Below are positions 43,311 through 52,248 of a DNA stretch of 64,000 bases, in pieces; positions within the stretch are counted from its first letter, which is position 1, and every line of letters begins with the position of its first letter. Source of the DNA: an uncultured delta proteobacterium (lineage in GTDB: Bacteria > Desulfobacterota > RBG-13-43-22); contig CAVUPH010000010.1 of assembly GCA_963743305.1 (NCBI GenBank), positions 117,477 through 181,476 on the forward strand. Reading direction: 5' to 3'. A program made the position numbers and the translations under genes. The notes under the pieces were generated by a model, which was given only the letters and a program-made list of their open reading frames with translations, searched no databases and was not told the DNA's origin.

Positions 43311-43951
43311 ACCCGGCCTCCTCTCCCGTTTCTAAGAGCGGCGGCCCGCTCGACGGCCTTGAATATATGATCGTAGGCCCCGCAGCGGCAAAGGTTGCCG
43401 CTCATGGCCCTCCGAATCTCTTCAGGGGAGGGCTTCGGTCTGGACCGGAGCAGCCCCTCGGCCGCCATGATCTGCCCCGGCGTGCAATAGCCGCACTGGA
43501 AGGCATCCTCTTCCACAAAAGCCTGCTGGACCGGACCCAATTCGTCGCCGGCCATCAGGCCCTCCAGGGTCGTGATCTTGACCCCCTGGGCCTCTACGGC
43601 CAGGATCAGGCAGGCATAACGAGGCACATCATCGATGAGGACCGTGCAAGCCCCGCATTCACCCCGTTCGCAGCCTACCTTGGTGCCGGTCAGCCCGAGC
43701 TTCTCCCTCAGTACATAGAGGAGCGACCACCGGGACTCGACCAGCAGATGGTGGCGGCGGCCGTTGATCGAGAGGGATATTTTTGCCGTTTCATTGGCTT
43801 TTAAAGCTTCGGGCTCCCGGGCGGTCTCGGCAGCGAGCTGCCCCGTTGCCGCCACCACCGCCGCTCCCGTCCCTAAAGAGGTAAGGAAATGGCGCCTGCT
43901 GATGCCCTCTGTTTGGCCTGAATCGTTCTTGCCGATCTTTTTCTTTTTCAT
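43307..43951 (-). CDS. 2Fe-2S subunit with Tat signal (PaoA/YagT-like)
   Basis: ISRRHFL twin-arginine motif; GTKVGCERGECGACT, QCGYCTPG, GNLCRC. Confidence 0.92.
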   Translation of the reverse strand: MKKKKIGKNDSGQTEGISRRHFLTSLGTGAAVVAATGQLAAETAREPEALKANETAKISLSINGRRHHLLVESRWSLLYVLREKLGLTGTKVGCERGECGACTVLIDDVPRYACLILAVEAQGVKITTLEGLMAGDELGPVQQAFVEEDAFQCGYCTPGQIMAAEGLLRSRPKPSPEEIRRAMSGNLCRCGAYDHIFKAVERAAALRNGRGGRV

Positions 43952-43969
43952 GAAGACCTCCGAATGATT

Positions 43970-44143
43970 ACAGACGGTTTTTCCTTTGATTATACTACCG
44001 ACCGGTCCTCTTGGCTATTAGTTGCATGGACTTGGGAATGGCCTCTTGATCGTCGTCGCCGGAAACCAGGAGGTGGACATGATTGGAGGTGACCATATAA
44101 TCCAATACGGGCAACCCGATCATTTCTTGGCTTCAAAAAGCCA
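43970..44143 (-). mobile_element. Fragment of a REP-associated/Y1 HUH tyrosine transposase (RAYT)
   Basis: Manual translation WLFEAKK*/GLPVLDYMVTSNHVHLLV...IPKSMQLIAKRTGR*YNQRKNR shows the HUH motif, two stops and a frameshift. Confidence 0.7.
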
Positions 44144-44269
44144 CCCTGACCCCTAATGCCTTCCGAATTTCTTTTATAAAGGCCTTCCCCCTTCAAGCGC
44201 AGGCGGTTTTGAACATCGAGTGCCAAATAGGAACACGTTGCATCAGGTGCCGGCTATCGTTGAACCACC

Positions 44270-44614
44270 CTAGCCAGAATATTCTGCTAATATTCTTTCA
44301 ACCTGACCTTTCAGGACTGGTAAATCTTCGATTGCGGTCAGCCAGACCTGGTCGATATCAACGCCAAAATAGTCGTGGATGAGTTTATCGCGCATGCCGG
44401 CGATATCTTCCCAAGGAGTCTCGGAGTGCCGGTTGCGGAGCGAACGTGAAAGACGTTTGGTGGCCTCGCCAATGATCTCGATCTGTCGGATCACTCCATC
44501 TTGAATAAGGCCGGCATGTCGAAAGGCAGTTTCATCCACGCCCTGGACGTATGTCTCGATTTTTGCAATCGCATCCAGAATGTGTCGCAGATAGACAGTT
44601 TCATCAGATTTCAT
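44270..44614 (-). CDS. HepT-like (DUF86/HEPN) toxin
   Basis: [30 protein letters not shown] (Rx4H). Confidence 0.9.
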   Translation of the reverse strand: MKSDETVYLRHILDAIAKIETYVQGVDETAFRHAGLIQDGVIRQIEIIGEATKRLSRSLRNRHSETPWEDIAGMRDKLIHDYFGVDIDQVWLTAIEDLPVLKGQVERILAEYSG

Positions 44615-44915
44615 AAATGATATGAAGATCCCTTAAGATGCCTTCACGGAGATAAGGGCTGATGGCGGCTTCCGTCAGCAAATCGACTTTCTGCCCAAGA
44701 GCAGTGGCGATCTGACGCTCTATTTTGACCATGGCTAATAGGCTCTTGGGTTTGGCAAACTCAACCAAAAGATCGATGTCGCTTTGTTCGGTGGCTTCTC
44801 CACGAGCCATAGACCCGAAGGTCCCGACTCTTTTAATGTCATTTTGTCGACAGATTTCGATTAGCTTGTTTATGTCAAAAGAAAGGTTCATCGTCATCGC
44901 CTGGGCATTCATCAA
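44604..44915 (-). CDS. MNT minimal nucleotidyltransferase antitoxin
   Basis: FGSMARGE...[13 protein letters not shown]. Confidence 0.9.
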   Translation of the reverse strand: MMNAQAMTMNLSFDINKLIEICRQNDIKRVGTFGSMARGEATEQSDIDLLVEFAKPKSLLAMVKIERQIATALGQKVDLLTEAAISPYLREGILRDLHIIYEI

Positions 44916-45032
44916 GTTTGGCCGTCATTTTTGATTCAAGTCACGAAAACAACTTTATCCTACTTAAATCACTTAAAAAGTCAACAAATCATTAATAAAT
45001 TAAATACGACTCGGGGCTGACCCTTGCGACGA

Positions 45033-45240
45033 TTGTCTCCCTGTGAACCTCGGTGGCCGTTTTTCCATCCGGGCCGTCAAGGCCTCGAAAAAATCCTCGC
45101 TGCCGAAGGCCTGGTTCAATCCCAGGTTCTCCTGATCCAGGGCGGCGGAAATCTCCGCGATCAGGGGCTGGTGAAAGACCCGCTTGGCCAGGCGCAGGGC
45201 CAGGGCGGCGCCTCCTCCCCAGGCGGGGCAAGTTGCTCCG
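45033..45240 (-). repeat. Diverged duplicate of the 3' end of the enoyl-CoA hydratase gene (46926-47130)
   Basis: Shared blocks such as ttttccatccgggccgtca, aaatcctcgctgccgaaggcctg and gcgcagggccagggcggc-like sequence. Confidence 0.85.
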
Positions 45241-45253
45241 ACCCGTCCCTATG

Positions 45254-46180
45254 CTACTGACCGCCTGTTTTCCATGGTCCACCGGGCTGCCAGACAGAAT
45301 TCGAGATTTCGTTTCGAGAGGCGGATTGGAATACAGGCTCCAGAAATTTAGCCAATGTTTCCAAGACGGTTTCCAGATCTTCCGGTATTGAGGATAGATG
45401 ATTCTTCCGCAGGAAGCCGGCCCATTGGGTTCGCTTGTCAGGTATTTGAGCAAAAGCCGGCGTCAGCGCCGTCGGAAGACCGTCCGGAATCGCGGTCCGG
45501 CGGCGCTCAAAGGTTGCACGGATCGCCGCCACCAGCATTTCAATGCCGAAGGATTCCCGCTGGGCGAGCATATATACGTCAAAGAAGTCGCGCATACGAC
45601 TGTTATTCGTTCCGAGTTGGACCATGGCCTGGGTCTTTTCGGCGATCACTGTCTCGGGCCGGTACGCGCGCAAGCGTGGACGCGGCAGGTCCAACAGGCT
45701 GGGATAATCAAGCCACTCGGGCTCGGGAACGGAGGCATCCCCCAAGCCGACATCCACCTGAAGGTGTATGCGCGCTGATCCTAAGCGGGCCAGAAGGGTT
45801 ACTCGTCTTCCGCCATAGATATCTTCGGGACGAATAGCCGACACTCGGATCGTGGAGGCTTCAAAGGTTATTCCATCGGGCTCTACCTCGATGGCGCAGG
45901 TTTCTTCGAGAATCTTTGTCAGAGCGTCGTCCGAAAGATCTCCCAAGGCGAGGAGGTCCGCATCCCGGGTGGGCCGGAAGGTCTCTCCAAACCAGACGAG
46001 CAAGAGCAGCGCCCCTTTCAATACGAAACGTTTAGAGTGGCGGGAGCAGGACAGTCGGTATAGGAATCGCTCAATGGCAAAGCGGGTCAGCACGAAATTC
46101 GAATCCAGGCCCAAGGACTGAGCGTGCCGAATCAAACGGGTATGCACGGAATGCGGTAAGCCGCTCGCGGCAACACTCAT
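45254..46180 (-). CDS. AbiEii/AbiGii nucleotidyltransferase toxin (type IV TA)
   Basis: ERFLYRL, FVLKGA, RPTRDAD, IAEK, NSRMRDFFD. Confidence 0.9.
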   Translation of the reverse strand: MSVAASGLPHSVHTRLIRHAQSLGLDSNFVLTRFAIERFLYRLSCSRHSKRFVLKGALLLLVWFGETFRPTRDADLLALGDLSDDALTKILEETCAIEVEPDGITFEASTIRVSAIRPEDIYGGRRVTLLARLGSARIHLQVDVGLGDASVPEPEWLDYPSLLDLPRPRLRAYRPETVIAEKTQAMVQLGTNNSRMRDFFDVYMLAQRESFGIEMLVAAIRATFERRRTAIPDGLPTALTPAFAQIPDKRTQWAGFLRKNHLSSIPEDLETVLETLAKFLEPVFQSASRNEISNSVWQPGGPWKTGGQ

Positions 46181-46782
46181 GCGACCAAAGCCTCCAGATA
46201 GGGCCTCATGACGCGGCGCACACGGCAGATTTGGGCGTAGCGATCCAGCTCGTCCATGGTAAAGCGCCGCTCTCTCCAGGCTTCCCGCAGGGCTTCGAGG
46301 GCCACATCGAGCCCAACTTTATTTCGATATTTGAAAAGATCGGCCAGGGTCTTGGCGACGCTGTACATTCTCACCGGTTGTCCTTCCAACCGGTGAACTT
46401 CGATTCCGGAAGAGAAGGCTTCTCCACTGAAGCGAACCACCCGCAGCGGAGGATAATGGAGCCGCGGTTGCGGGGCCGAGCGTTCCAATGCCACCCAGAT
46501 CTTGGCCGGCAGTTGCGTGCCGATACCATGAAAACTCAATACCGAGAGCAGACAAATCACGCCATCCGGGACTGCACGGGAAACGATGGTGAGGGTGTGG
46601 TGCTCGGTGATCGGATGATCCGGGAAGCGGTATTGCCCGCGAGCTATGCGTTCCAGATCGCCTTGGCGTACCAGCCGCGTAAGGAGCTGACTATGAATCC
46701 CCAATCGTGCGGCTTCCCTGGCCGTGATGACGCCCAGCCGGCGAGCCTGGTCCAACAGGTTTTTACGGGGTGAACCTTCCAT
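46177..46782 (-). CDS. AbiEi antitoxin / transcriptional regulator
   Basis: wHTH LERIARGQY, GVICLLS, KTLADLFKYRNKVG. Confidence 0.9.
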   Translation of the reverse strand: MEGSPRKNLLDQARRLGVITAREAARLGIHSQLLTRLVRQGDLERIARGQYRFPDHPITEHHTLTIVSRAVPDGVICLLSVLSFHGIGTQLPAKIWVALERSAPQPRLHYPPLRVVRFSGEAFSSGIEVHRLEGQPVRMYSVAKTLADLFKYRNKVGLDVALEALREAWRERRFTMDELDRYAQICRVRRVMRPYLEALVA

Positions 46783-46830
46783 GTGTAGAATTATCTACAT
46801 TTATATTTATTTGTCAACACTTTCACACAT
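46781..46830 (-). promoter_or_regulatory. Sigma70-type promoter with inverted repeats upstream of abiEi
   Basis: TTGACA-N16-GATAAT ending 7 nt before the ATG; inverted repeats tgtaga-atta-tctaca and atgtg...cacat. Confidence 0.55.
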
Positions 46831-46925
46831 AAATTTTTTTCTGGTATCCGAACCATATCCTGTTCAACCGCTTACTTCTCGATCTGCTTCCAAAGGAATG
46901 GGCGGGATATTCTTTAAACCTCCCC

Positions 46926-47750
46926 TTATCTCCCCTTGAACCGCGCCGGCCTCTTTTCCATCCGGGCCGTCAGGGCCTCGAAGAAATCCTCGCTGCCGAA
47001 GGCCTGATTCAATCCCTGGTTTTCCTGGTCCAGGGCGGCGGTAATCTCTGCGATCAGGGGTTTATGGAAAGCCTGCTTGGCCAGACGCAGGGCCAGGGCG
47101 GCCCCTTGAGGCGGGACCAATTGCCGGGCCTTTTCCCGGACGAAGGGCAGCAGTTCGGCTTCAGGGAGCACCCCATTGATCAGCCCCAGCTCCAGGGCCC
47201 GGGCGGCCGAAATCTTTTCGGGGAAAAACAACAGCTCCTTGGCCTTCTGAAATCCGAGCAGCCGGGGCAGCAGATAGGAGCAGGCGAATTCCTGGATAAC
47301 GCCGATTTGGGTAAAGGGGAACCGCAGGTAGGCCTCCTCGGCCATGTAGATCAGGTCGGCGCAGGCCAGGGGCAGGGTGAAACCGGCGCCAATGGCCAGG
47401 CCGTTGACGGCGGCGATGACCGGCTTGTCGAATTCCCAGAATTGCAGGCACAGTTTTTTCTGGGCGATGTCGGTAACATCGATTTGGCTAAGCTGCTCCG
47501 GGGTCAGGCTCTGCATGAAGTTCAGGTTGAAATAGCCCCCGGAGGAAAAGGCCTCTCCCCGGCCGGTCAGGATCAGGGCCCGGGCCTCCGGGTCCTTTTC
47601 TATCGCCTCCAGGGCAGATCCCAATTCCAGGAAGGTGATCAGGCTCAAGGCATTTTTTCGTTCCGGCTGGTTGAAGGTGATGGTGACTATTCCCGTTTCC
47701 GGCTCCTTCTCGTACAGAATGTCCTGAAAGTCGTCGAATCCCATCTCCAC
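46926..47750 (-). CDS. Enoyl-CoA hydratase/isomerase family protein
   Basis: NQPERKNAL, AFSSGG, KPVIAAVNGLAIGAG, LACADL. Confidence 0.9.
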   Translation of the reverse strand: MEMGFDDFQDILYEKEPETGIVTITFNQPERKNALSLITFLELGSALEAIEKDPEARALILTGRGEAFSSGGYFNLNFMQSLTPEQLSQIDVTDIAQKKLCLQFWEFDKPVIAAVNGLAIGAGFTLPLACADLIYMAEEAYLRFPFTQIGVIQEFACSYLLPRLLGFQKAKELLFFPEKISAARALELGLINGVLPEAELLPFVREKARQLVPPQGAALALRLAKQAFHKPLIAEITAALDQENQGLNQAFGSEDFFEALTARMEKRPARFKGR

Positions 47751-48060
47751 CCTCCTTTTTTTTAAAACTCCGATTTATTCGATAAGGTCAGTCACGGTGT
47801 TTATGACTTACCATAAACCACATGCGGAAAAGAATTAAAATCGAGAAAACTCCTTCTAGCCCGAAGGCATTTTTCGTCTCCATAGCTTAGCCAACCATTT
47901 GCTGTAAAGGAATCCCCATATTCGGACAGTCCGGAAGGCCAAGAGCTCGCTTGACTTTTGAAATTATCCGCGTTTAGTATGAAAATAAAAACGAATATCA
48001 AACACCGAATATCGAGTGACGAAGTGGTCTTTCGTCGCGGCGACTCCGTCACGCCTCAGT

Positions 48061-48084
48061 GACAGGCGGGGGCGCCTGCCCTAC
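48061..48084 (-). repeat. GTAG-type REP-like hairpin
   Basis: Minus strand GTAG-GGCAGGCG-CCCC-CGCCTGTC. Confidence 0.55.
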
Positions 48085-48101
48085 GAAAAGCATAGAAGGA
48101 G

Positions 48102-48788
48102 ATGCCCATGCCTCGTGGCAAACAATCAAAAGGATCATGCGGATACTGCGAAAAGGAAATAGTCAAGGGCGGTGTGACCAAGCATTTGTCGGTCTGCCCC
48201 CAGCGCCGGATCGTCATCGAGAAGGCTGAACAGGGGAAGGCCAAAACGGAGACGCTCTATCATCTTCGGGTCCAGGATGCCTGGCAGCCTTACTACTGGC
48301 TGGATCTGGAAATGCGCGAATCCGGCACTTTAAAGGACCTGGATTCTTACTTGCGGCACATCTGGTTGGAGTGCTGCGGTCATATGAGTCAATTTTCGTT
48401 CGGGGGTTGGCATGGAGACGAGATCTCTATGCGGCGGAAGATACGCGAAGTCTTTCTGGAGGGAGACGAACTCACCCATATCTACGATTTCGGAACTTCA
48501 TCTGAAACGGTAATCAAGGTGGTCGGCACCCGGGAGGGAAAGCCGACCACCGCTCGGCCGATCGCCCTGATGGCGCGCAATCTGCCGCCGGAAAGCGTAT
48601 GTATGGAATGCGGCAGTCCGGCCGCCTGGATTTGTGTGGAGTGTCTTGAAGAGGACCTAACCGGGGCTTTATGCGCTGAACATGCCCGGACCCATCCGCA
48701 TGACAACTACGGGGAACCTATACCCGTGGTCAATTCACCCCGAATGGGTATGTGTGGGTACACCGGTCCGGCCGAACCTCCTTACTAA
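48102..48788 (+). CDS. pRiA4b ORF-3-like domain protein with Zn-finger motifs
   Basis: TLKDLDSYLRHIWLECCGHMSQF, HIYDFG, CxxC pairs. Confidence 0.65.
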   Translation: MPMPRGKQSKGSCGYCEKEIVKGGVTKHLSVCPQRRIVIEKAEQGKAKTETLYHLRVQDAWQPYYWLDLEMRESGTLKDLDSYLRHIWLECCGHMSQFSFGGWHGDEISMRRKIREVFLEGDELTHIYDFGTSSETVIKVVGTREGKPTTARPIALMARNLPPESVCMECGSPAAWICVECLEEDLTGALCAEHARTHPHDNYGEPIPVVNSPRMGMCGYTGPAEPPY

Positions 48789-48833
48789 GGCGGACAGGAA
48801 AGGATATATCCCAATTCAATAAGGAGAAGGTAT

Positions 48834-49469
48834 ATGCCAACCACAGCGGCCTTGAAGGCCGCCGAAATCCTGCGCGACGGGAGCTTGTTTCAGTGGTACG
48901 TGATCACTCTTTTTGCCTTGGTGGTCTACGTCTACGCCGTGGAGGTCGAGCGGAAAAACTGGGACCTGTTCTTTGCCGGTCTGGCCTTCTGGGGGATGGA
49001 CTGGTTCAACGAAATCTGGAACGGCCTCGTTTTCCATTTTACCAATTACGCCCCGGTCTGGAGAGCCCCCGGCAAGACCGCTTATCTGATTCTGATTGGG
49101 CTTAATATTGAAATTTGCTTTATGTTTGCCATCGCTGGAATCGCCTTTGGGAAAACACTTCCCGCTGATAAAAATCTTAAGATCCTCGGAGTACCCAACC
49201 GGATCTTCCTGGCTATAGTAAATTCCGCCTTCTGTGTCCTGGTGGAGGTTGGGCTCAATAAAATCAATGCCTTGACCTGGGACTATTCCTGGTGGAGTGC
49301 CAGTGCCCCGTGGCTCATTTTCCTGATCGGATACCTGCCATTTTTCCTGGTTTCCTTCTGGGTCCACGATCTGGAAAGCGTGAGCCGCAAGGCGTTCGTT
49401 TCAGGTGGAATCCTGGCTTTCGATCTGGCGGCCCTGGCCATCTTTGGAGGGATCTTAAGGTGGATTTAA
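48834..49469 (+). CDS. Conserved membrane protein of unknown function
   Basis: Multiple TM segments; AAGGAG RBS. Confidence 0.7.
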   Translation: MPTTAALKAAEILRDGSLFQWYVITLFALVVYVYAVEVERKNWDLFFAGLAFWGMDWFNEIWNGLVFHFTNYAPVWRAPGKTAYLILIGLNIEICFMFAIAGIAFGKTLPADKNLKILGVPNRIFLAIVNSAFCVLVEVGLNKINALTWDYSWWSASAPWLIFLIGYLPFFLVSFWVHDLESVSRKAFVSGGILAFDLAALAIFGGILRWI

Positions 49470-49557
49470 GTCATCGACTTTCCGCAGAACGGGAGATATG
49501 TTTTTCTTATAATGTTCCATGGTTAGAGCCGTCTAAAAACAGGAATGGCACCTACAG

Positions 49558-50228
49558 ATGACTATGGAAAAGATAGCGATCATCGGTGCAGGGGCCGTAG
49601 GATGCGGATTAGGGTTTCTGTTGAGCCGAGCCGGACGGGAAGTAACCCTGATCGGTCGGGCCGACCAGGTGGAGGTCCTTCGAACCAAGGGGCTTCGGGT
49701 GGAAGGGTACGCCGGAGAGCATCAGGTTAAAATTCCGGCGGCTGAAAGGCTGGATTTCAAACCTGACCTGGTGCTGCTGGCGGTGAAGACCCAGGATGTG
49801 GTCGGCGCCCTTCACGAGAACCTGCCTTTCTGGCCTCCCTGGCCATCCGGATCATGCGTGAAGGGTTGAAAACGGCTCAAAAGGCCGGCATCCGTCTGGA
49901 ATCCCTTCCGGACGTATCGGTCGGCCTCACCCGCCTGATCAATTTTCTGCCGGTCAAACTGGCGGCCAAGGTGGCGGCGGCCAGGGTCGATCGGATGAAG
50001 ACCCCCTGGCCCCTGCTGGGCTCCACCCTGCAGAGTCTGCGCCGGAACCGGCCCACGGAAATCGATTACCTGAATGGGGAGGTGGTGGAGCTGGGGAAAA
50101 AGAATGATGTTCCCACGCCACTGAACGCCAAGATCGTCGAATTGGTTCACCAGGTGGAGCAGACCGGGACGTTTTTCAACGTGGATGAAGTCCGCCGGAA
50201 GTTTTTGTATCTGGAGCGGGTGGGTTGA
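49558..50228 (+). pseudogene. Ketopantoate reductase (PanE/ApbA family) with central deletion
   Basis: IIGAGAVG and LLAVKTQD at the N-terminus join directly to STLQSL...TEIDYLNGEVV..PTPLN at the C-terminus; the central QNG and catalytic Lys region is absent. Confidence 0.75.
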
Positions 50229-50639
50229 CCAAGATTAACCTAAAGAGGCCTCAAAAAACCGAAAAATCGTCGGAAATTTTTACAATTTTGGATTATCAGC
50301 GGACGCACTTCAATAACCTTTTGATCTTTTTATGTTTTAAATAAACAGACGGAAGATAACTTGAAGAAAATTTCACGGATTGTCGATTTTGATTACGGTT
50401 TAATTCGAACCCCGGCCAAGGGACCTGTAGAAATTAGCACCGGCAGCCAGGGTTCGAAACCGGGGGAAATAGACTATTTTATTTAGCAAAATTGGTAAGT
50501 TAATGTCCTTTCTTTCTGATTGGTGAGCAATGCGTAAACAGCAAATAGTTGACCTAAATATTCATTGGCCCGAAATTTGAATAAAAAAATTAGTATAATA
50601 CGCCAATTACAGGACTATCCTCCAACCAAGACGCGCACT

Positions 50640-50939
50640 ATGGTCAACAAACCGGAAAAAAGAACCCTTGAACGGAACATCTTCCCTTATCCGGTAGATT
50701 TTGAGATGACCGTCCTCGGACCGGAACAAACCAAAGCGATTACCTTAACCGGCGACGCGGTGGACATCAGCTCCAACGGCCTCGGGATGTGGACTACAGC
50801 CCCCTTGAACCGGGGTGATGTGGTTAAACTCTACATCCCCGTCCCGTCCCAGAACACCGTCCTTCCCTCCTTTTCAGAGGTTCGCTGGGTCGAACCCGGC
50901 AGCAGCCATAATCGCGTCGGCCTTCAATTTTTAGCCTGA
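50640..50939 (+). CDS. Stand-alone PilZ domain protein
   Basis: RTLER (RxxxR), DISSNG (DxSxxG), EVRW...VGLQF. Confidence 0.8.
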   Translation: MVNKPEKRTLERNIFPYPVDFEMTVLGPEQTKAITLTGDAVDISSNGLGMWTTAPLNRGDVVKLYIPVPSQNTVLPSFSEVRWVEPGSSHNRVGLQFLA

Positions 50940-51112
50940 GAAATTTTTTCATATCCATTCCGCCCCATCGTCTCTCTTCTCCCTCTTGCAGTCTCTTCCA
51001 TCTTCCTCTTTCCCGCGCCTGTCACTCTGAGTGAAACGAAGAGTCTCGTCCTCGGCTTGAAAGGAAGGCCGCCTGGGATAGCCTCCGGTCAAAACGAATG
51101 AACAGGAAATCT

Positions 51113-51539
51113 CTATGGAAGGCAGCGAAAAACACGCTGCCGTTGGGGGCCAAAGCGATAGGTCAAAAAATGGGCATCAAAGGCAAAAGCTTCGTTGATG
51201 GCCAATCGTTCCATCAGGACAAAACTGGCGCAGTCGACAAAACTGAAGGTTTGATCGGGAAAGGCCTGGGTAATTCGCCAGGCGGCTTCCAGGTCGACCG
51301 GATCTATGGTTAAAATGGGAGTCCTCGTTTCCCGCAGGGTTTCCCAGAAGGTAACCGCCGCATGATCTTCCCAGATGGGAATTCAGCAGGGTCCAGGTTT
51401 CGGCCAAGATGAGATCGGTCGTTACCAAGGTGTTCTTCCGTTCGGATAGTTCTGGTCCAACTAGAAACGATGGCTTCCGGATGATGCCTGTCCGCTGTCG
51501 GCCACCGTACCAGGCCCCGGTATCAACGAGTATGCTCAC
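51113..51539 (-). pseudogene. VapC PIN-domain toxin, multiply frameshifted
   Basis: ILVDTGAW, TTDLILAETWTL, FSFVDCASF..ME, AFAFDAHF lie in different frames. Confidence 0.75.
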
Positions 51540-51550
51540 GGCGGAGGGCC

Positions 51551-51784
51551 TCACCCAGATAGTGATCGTGTTTTTCGGAAATATCCTTTTCCCGCTTGGT
51601 ATACCCAGCCCGACCATTTTGAGAAAGGCCTCCCTGGGGGTGCTTTGACCCCCTGGTCCCTGGTCAAATGATCCTTCACCAGACGCCGCATGAGTTCCGC
51701 AAGGGAGATCCTTTGCTTTCTGGCTTCCGACCGTAAAGATTGAAGCTGTTCGGGTTCAAGATAAACCATGGTCCTGGATTTCAT
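51551..51784 (-). CDS. RHH/CopG antitoxin
   Basis: RTMVYL...LRSEARKQRISLAELMRRLV; directly upstream of the PIN gene. Confidence 0.75.
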   Translation of the reverse strand: MKSRTMVYLEPEQLQSLRSEARKQRISLAELMRRLVKDHLTRDQGVKAPPGRPFSKWSGWVYQAGKGYFRKTRSLSG

Positions 51785-52044
51785 AGTACTCCTTCTTAAT
51801 ATTATAATAGTGTCATTATAATGCCATTGCGGAGGAAGGTAAATAGAAATTTCTGTTGGGGTCCGGCAAGATAGGTCCGGAGGGTCTTGGCGGGCTTGAA
51901 GGGCAGCGGATGTTTAGAGAGGAGGGCGAGTTCCCTGGAAAATCGTTTTTTCCGAGGGGCCGCTTTCTTCCAGGGCACCAAAGTATCCGTCCTTCTGAAT
52001 AATTTTCTCCATTAAGTACGAAGAGGGCTCCGCCGGACGGTCCA

Positions 52045-52065
52045 GCAGCGAGGTCGCTGCCCTAC
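52045..52065 (-). repeat. GTAG-type REP-like hairpin
   Basis: Minus strand GTAG-GGCAGCG-ACCT-CGCTGC. Confidence 0.55.
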
Positions 52066-52135
52066 GTCTAAACGAGCATCAAATATACTCAAAATCATAG
52101 TGGATGGCCGATTCGTTTTCAATATTCTTTTTCCC

Positions 52136-52165
52136 TTGACCTCGCATTTTTCTGAGTCTTATACT
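52136..52165 (+). promoter_or_regulatory. Possible sigma70 promoter of the lipase gene
   Basis: TTGACC-N18-TATACT. Confidence 0.4.
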
Positions 52166-52248
52166 TCCAATAGAATATCAATAATTTGCCTGAAACGAAG
52201 CGGATTGAATCTTTGGGGTAATACTTCCAGGTCTAACGGGGGAACAAC

